Shown here piece by piece: positions 39,997-64,000 of a DNA stretch of 64,000 nucleotides; the stretch's first letter is position 1, and each line of letters starts with the position of its first letter. This DNA comes from the human T2T-CHM13v2.0 reference genome, Homo sapiens. The notes under the pieces are model-generated. The model was not told the DNA's origin. It made no database searches and saw nothing but the letters and a program-made list of their open reading frames with translations. The stretch lies in the NCBI RefSeq assembly GCF_009914755.1, contig NC_060930.1, one strand, 5' to 3'. A program made the position numbers and the translations under genes.

Positions 39997-40458
39997 AGGA
40001 ACCAGTTACCTAAACAATGTAAATGCATTAGACCAGGAGCATACTAGATCCCCGATCTAGTTACTGAAGCACAAATTCTATTGGCAAAACATGCATAAAC
40101 ATACACATTCTAGATGCAACACAGCAAAATGCTGATGTATAGTAAACCCATTCAAGAAAATATTGTAAATATACAAAACTGATTATAAAACTCCAAACTA
40201 CCTTTGAAATAATCTACTCCAAAGCCTTCATTCCATAAAGGAAACTAAAGCTTAAAACAGTAGAGTTTTCTAATGTCACAGAGTGGCTTAATAACAATTG
40301 GATTAGTTCAGCCCAATGTACTTTCCATTCCATAACATGATAGTGAAAATTTAAAAGATTTCAAGGCAGTTTCTAAATCCACTCTGATTCTTCAGTACTT
40401 AACAAAAGGACAAACTAAAGTAAATATCTCCCCTAAATTTATGATGTTCCTAGAATTG

Positions 40459-61419
<20,961 letters not shown>

Positions 61420-61426
<7 letters not shown>

Positions 61427-61565
61427 CTCAGGAGCTCATCCCGTTCCTCTGGAACTTGAACACCAGGGTTCGCCAGGCAGCGTTCCTTCAGCTGGTATCT
61501 CGGTCTAGGACTCAGATGTCTAACTCCCCTTGCAGGGAATCTGCAACACGCTGAGGTTGTCTACC
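61420..61565 (-). CDS. ZNF184: ZNF184 start-codon exon (5'UTR plus 7 coding nt ATGGAAG at 61426-61420)
   Basis: Acceptor tgtgtcttttag (ct at 61566-61567), strong Kozak context GAGATGG, donor GTAGTG. Confidence 0.85.
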
Positions 61566-61889
61566 CTAAAAGACACAGGATGGCGTCAGCAGCATACGTC
61601 ACACAATCACACATCAGAGTCTTGCAAAGTGACCAAGAGGTGCTACACAAGAGAAGTGCCCCAAGAGAGCACTAGAGAGGTGTGTGGCACTCCGATGAAC
61701 AAAACAGAGTGGAGATCGGGTACGCGGGTTCTGCTTCAGATCCAAAAAACCCTTGGTGCCCACCCTAGAATCTGGCCGGGGCATCCACAGACCTGGTGTG
61801 TTCCCTCTGTGCACACTTGTGACTCACACCCCTGCGAGCTCGGATAACACGAAGACACACCTGTTGCAGAGCGTTAAAGCTGGAAGGTG

Positions 61890-62450
61890 GACAAGCAAGG
61901 CGGGGCCCGGCACCCGACTTCCCCTTAGGCCAGAACAAAAGAACAAAGCCCTCCAAGGGATCAGGGCGGGACCGCCCCGCACAGAAGGAGGCGAGGTGCG
62001 CCCCCTTCGAGGACTCCCCAGCTTTCTCCTGCAGAGGCCTCTAAGCGCGAAATCAGAAGGGTGACGTCACGAGTCCGGAGGGCTGGCTGTTGCCATGGTG
62101 ATACCTGAGCTCCCCTCCCCCTATAGCGATCCACACACTCTGATCCCGGGTCCGGAAGCGCATTGACCGCCACCAGACCTAACGCAGGGAGCCGAAGCAA
62201 CTGGACTTCCAGCGCGCCAACCTCTTTCCACGCCTACAACCGGCTTCAACGGTCACTTCCGGTCGTTACGAGCGAGCCCCGCCCTGCACGCCGGCGCCGG
62301 GCGGGCACACTGGACCAGCGTTCCCAGAACACTCCGCGAAGGTGTTCCTGAACTTCATTTCCCAGAGGCTTTAGCTAACGTGTACTTTCGCCCTGCGATG
62401 GGCCGCACATTTTCGCCGCCAGTCTTTTGCTCCTGTTTCAGGTATGCGTG
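61890..62450 (-). promoter_or_regulatory. ZNF184 CpG-island promoter
   Basis: CpG-dense. CRE palindrome GTGACGTCAC 62061-62070, RFX X-box-like GTTGCCATGGTGA 62089-62101, ETS CACTTCCGG 62254-62262, ZNF143 SBS-like ACTTCATTTCCCAGAGGC 62352-62369, GC boxes. Confidence 0.85.
62105..62300 (-). other. ZNF184: Probable non-coding first exon of ZNF184 (TSS approximate; alternative donor at 61861/61860)
   Basis: Candidate donors CAG|GTATCA at 62105/62104 and CAG|GTGTGT at 61861/61860 lie within or beside the CpG island. The TSS cannot be fixed from sequence alone. Confidence 0.45.
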
Positions 62451-62501
62451 TGCATTGTAAACTTGTCTGACTGAACTGATTATAAGAAATGCACGTCTAC
62501 T

Positions 62502-62827
<326 letters not shown>

Positions 62828-62948
62828 GAAATACACGTCTACACACAGTTTTAAAACGCAAACAATCGTTACCTTTATTACGTGTTCTACCTTCTATTTT
62901 CTGTTCTACTCTTTTGTCGTTTTGAAAATACTGGTAGTTACCCATTAA

Positions 62949-63331
<383 letters not shown>

Positions 63332-63679
63332 TAATATTCCCATGTTTTGCCACTTAGTAAAGCATTTTATATGCCTGTGTCAGCGAGCACATAGCTGCAA
63401 GTGTAGCCCATGGCCAGTCTGTCACTGTGTCCTTGGCAGAAAAAAAGAATCCAACAAATCGGTAGGTTTTTATATTTAAGACATGGCACTTGCATTTTAT
63501 TATGCTGGCGTGCATCCCCAGCATTTGGATAAGGGGCCAAGGTCAAGTCTCTCAGACTGTTGGCTGACAAACATTAAACCTGGAAATCCTAACAGAGTGT
63601 GTGAAAAACAATTACAGTCAAGGGAACATGATAGAGAAAGCTTCGGTCATCTTAGAGAATGCATATATTGCCATGAAGA

Positions 63680-64000
63680 GAACATTGGTTTAAAAAAAAA
63701 TGTTCAAGAGAATGAAAAGACAAGTCACAGACTGGGAGAAAATACTTGCAAAGTACATATCTGATAAAGAACTGATATCCAAAATATATAAGAACTCTTA
63801 AAACTCAACAATAAGGAGACAAACCGATTAAAAAAATAGGCCAAAGACCCTAACAGATGTCACCAAAGAAGATATGCAGATGGAAAATAAGCATATGAAA
63901 AGATGCTCCACATATGTCCTCAGTGAAATGCAAATTAAAACAATGGGATGCCACTATACACCTGTCAAAATGGCCAAAATCCAGAACCCTGACAATACCA
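63680..64000 (+). mobile_element. L1MC-like ORF2 fragment (runs off the window)
   Basis: cacagactgggagaaaata..catatctgataaag..aagcatatgaaaagatgctccaca. Confidence 0.8.

Overview
This is primate (almost certainly human) genomic DNA, not prokaryotic. It contains the complete KRAB-C2H2 zinc-finger gene ZNF184 on the minus strand: five coding exons, 2256 nt, 751 aa, 19 fingers, with a CpG-island promoter at ~61.9-62.45 kb. From memory ZNF184 lies at 6p22.1. Most of the rest is interspersed repeat: about 20 Alus, L1, L2, CR1/L3, MaLR/ERV LTRs including an intact solo LTR12C, MER44 and MER20. Less obvious items are: (1) an ancient, near full-length YBX1 processed pseudogene antisense in the last ZNF184 intron; (2) an orphan CpG promoter with ZNF143/ETS/RFX motifs at ~12.1 kb, next to the LTR12C; (3) weak but collinear minus-strand relics resembling TRIM B-box, coiled-coil and SPRY segments downstream of that promoter, possibly a decayed gene (speculative); (4) an AluY-[polyadenylated MaLR fragment]-AluY composite with three target-site copies; (5) a perfect 109-bp tandem duplication; (6) a 3-codon uORF ending 1 nt before the ZNF184 start codon. 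No rRNA, tRNA or CRISPR features were found. Gene and repeat names come from remembered sequences, not database searches, and the edges of old repeats are approximate.
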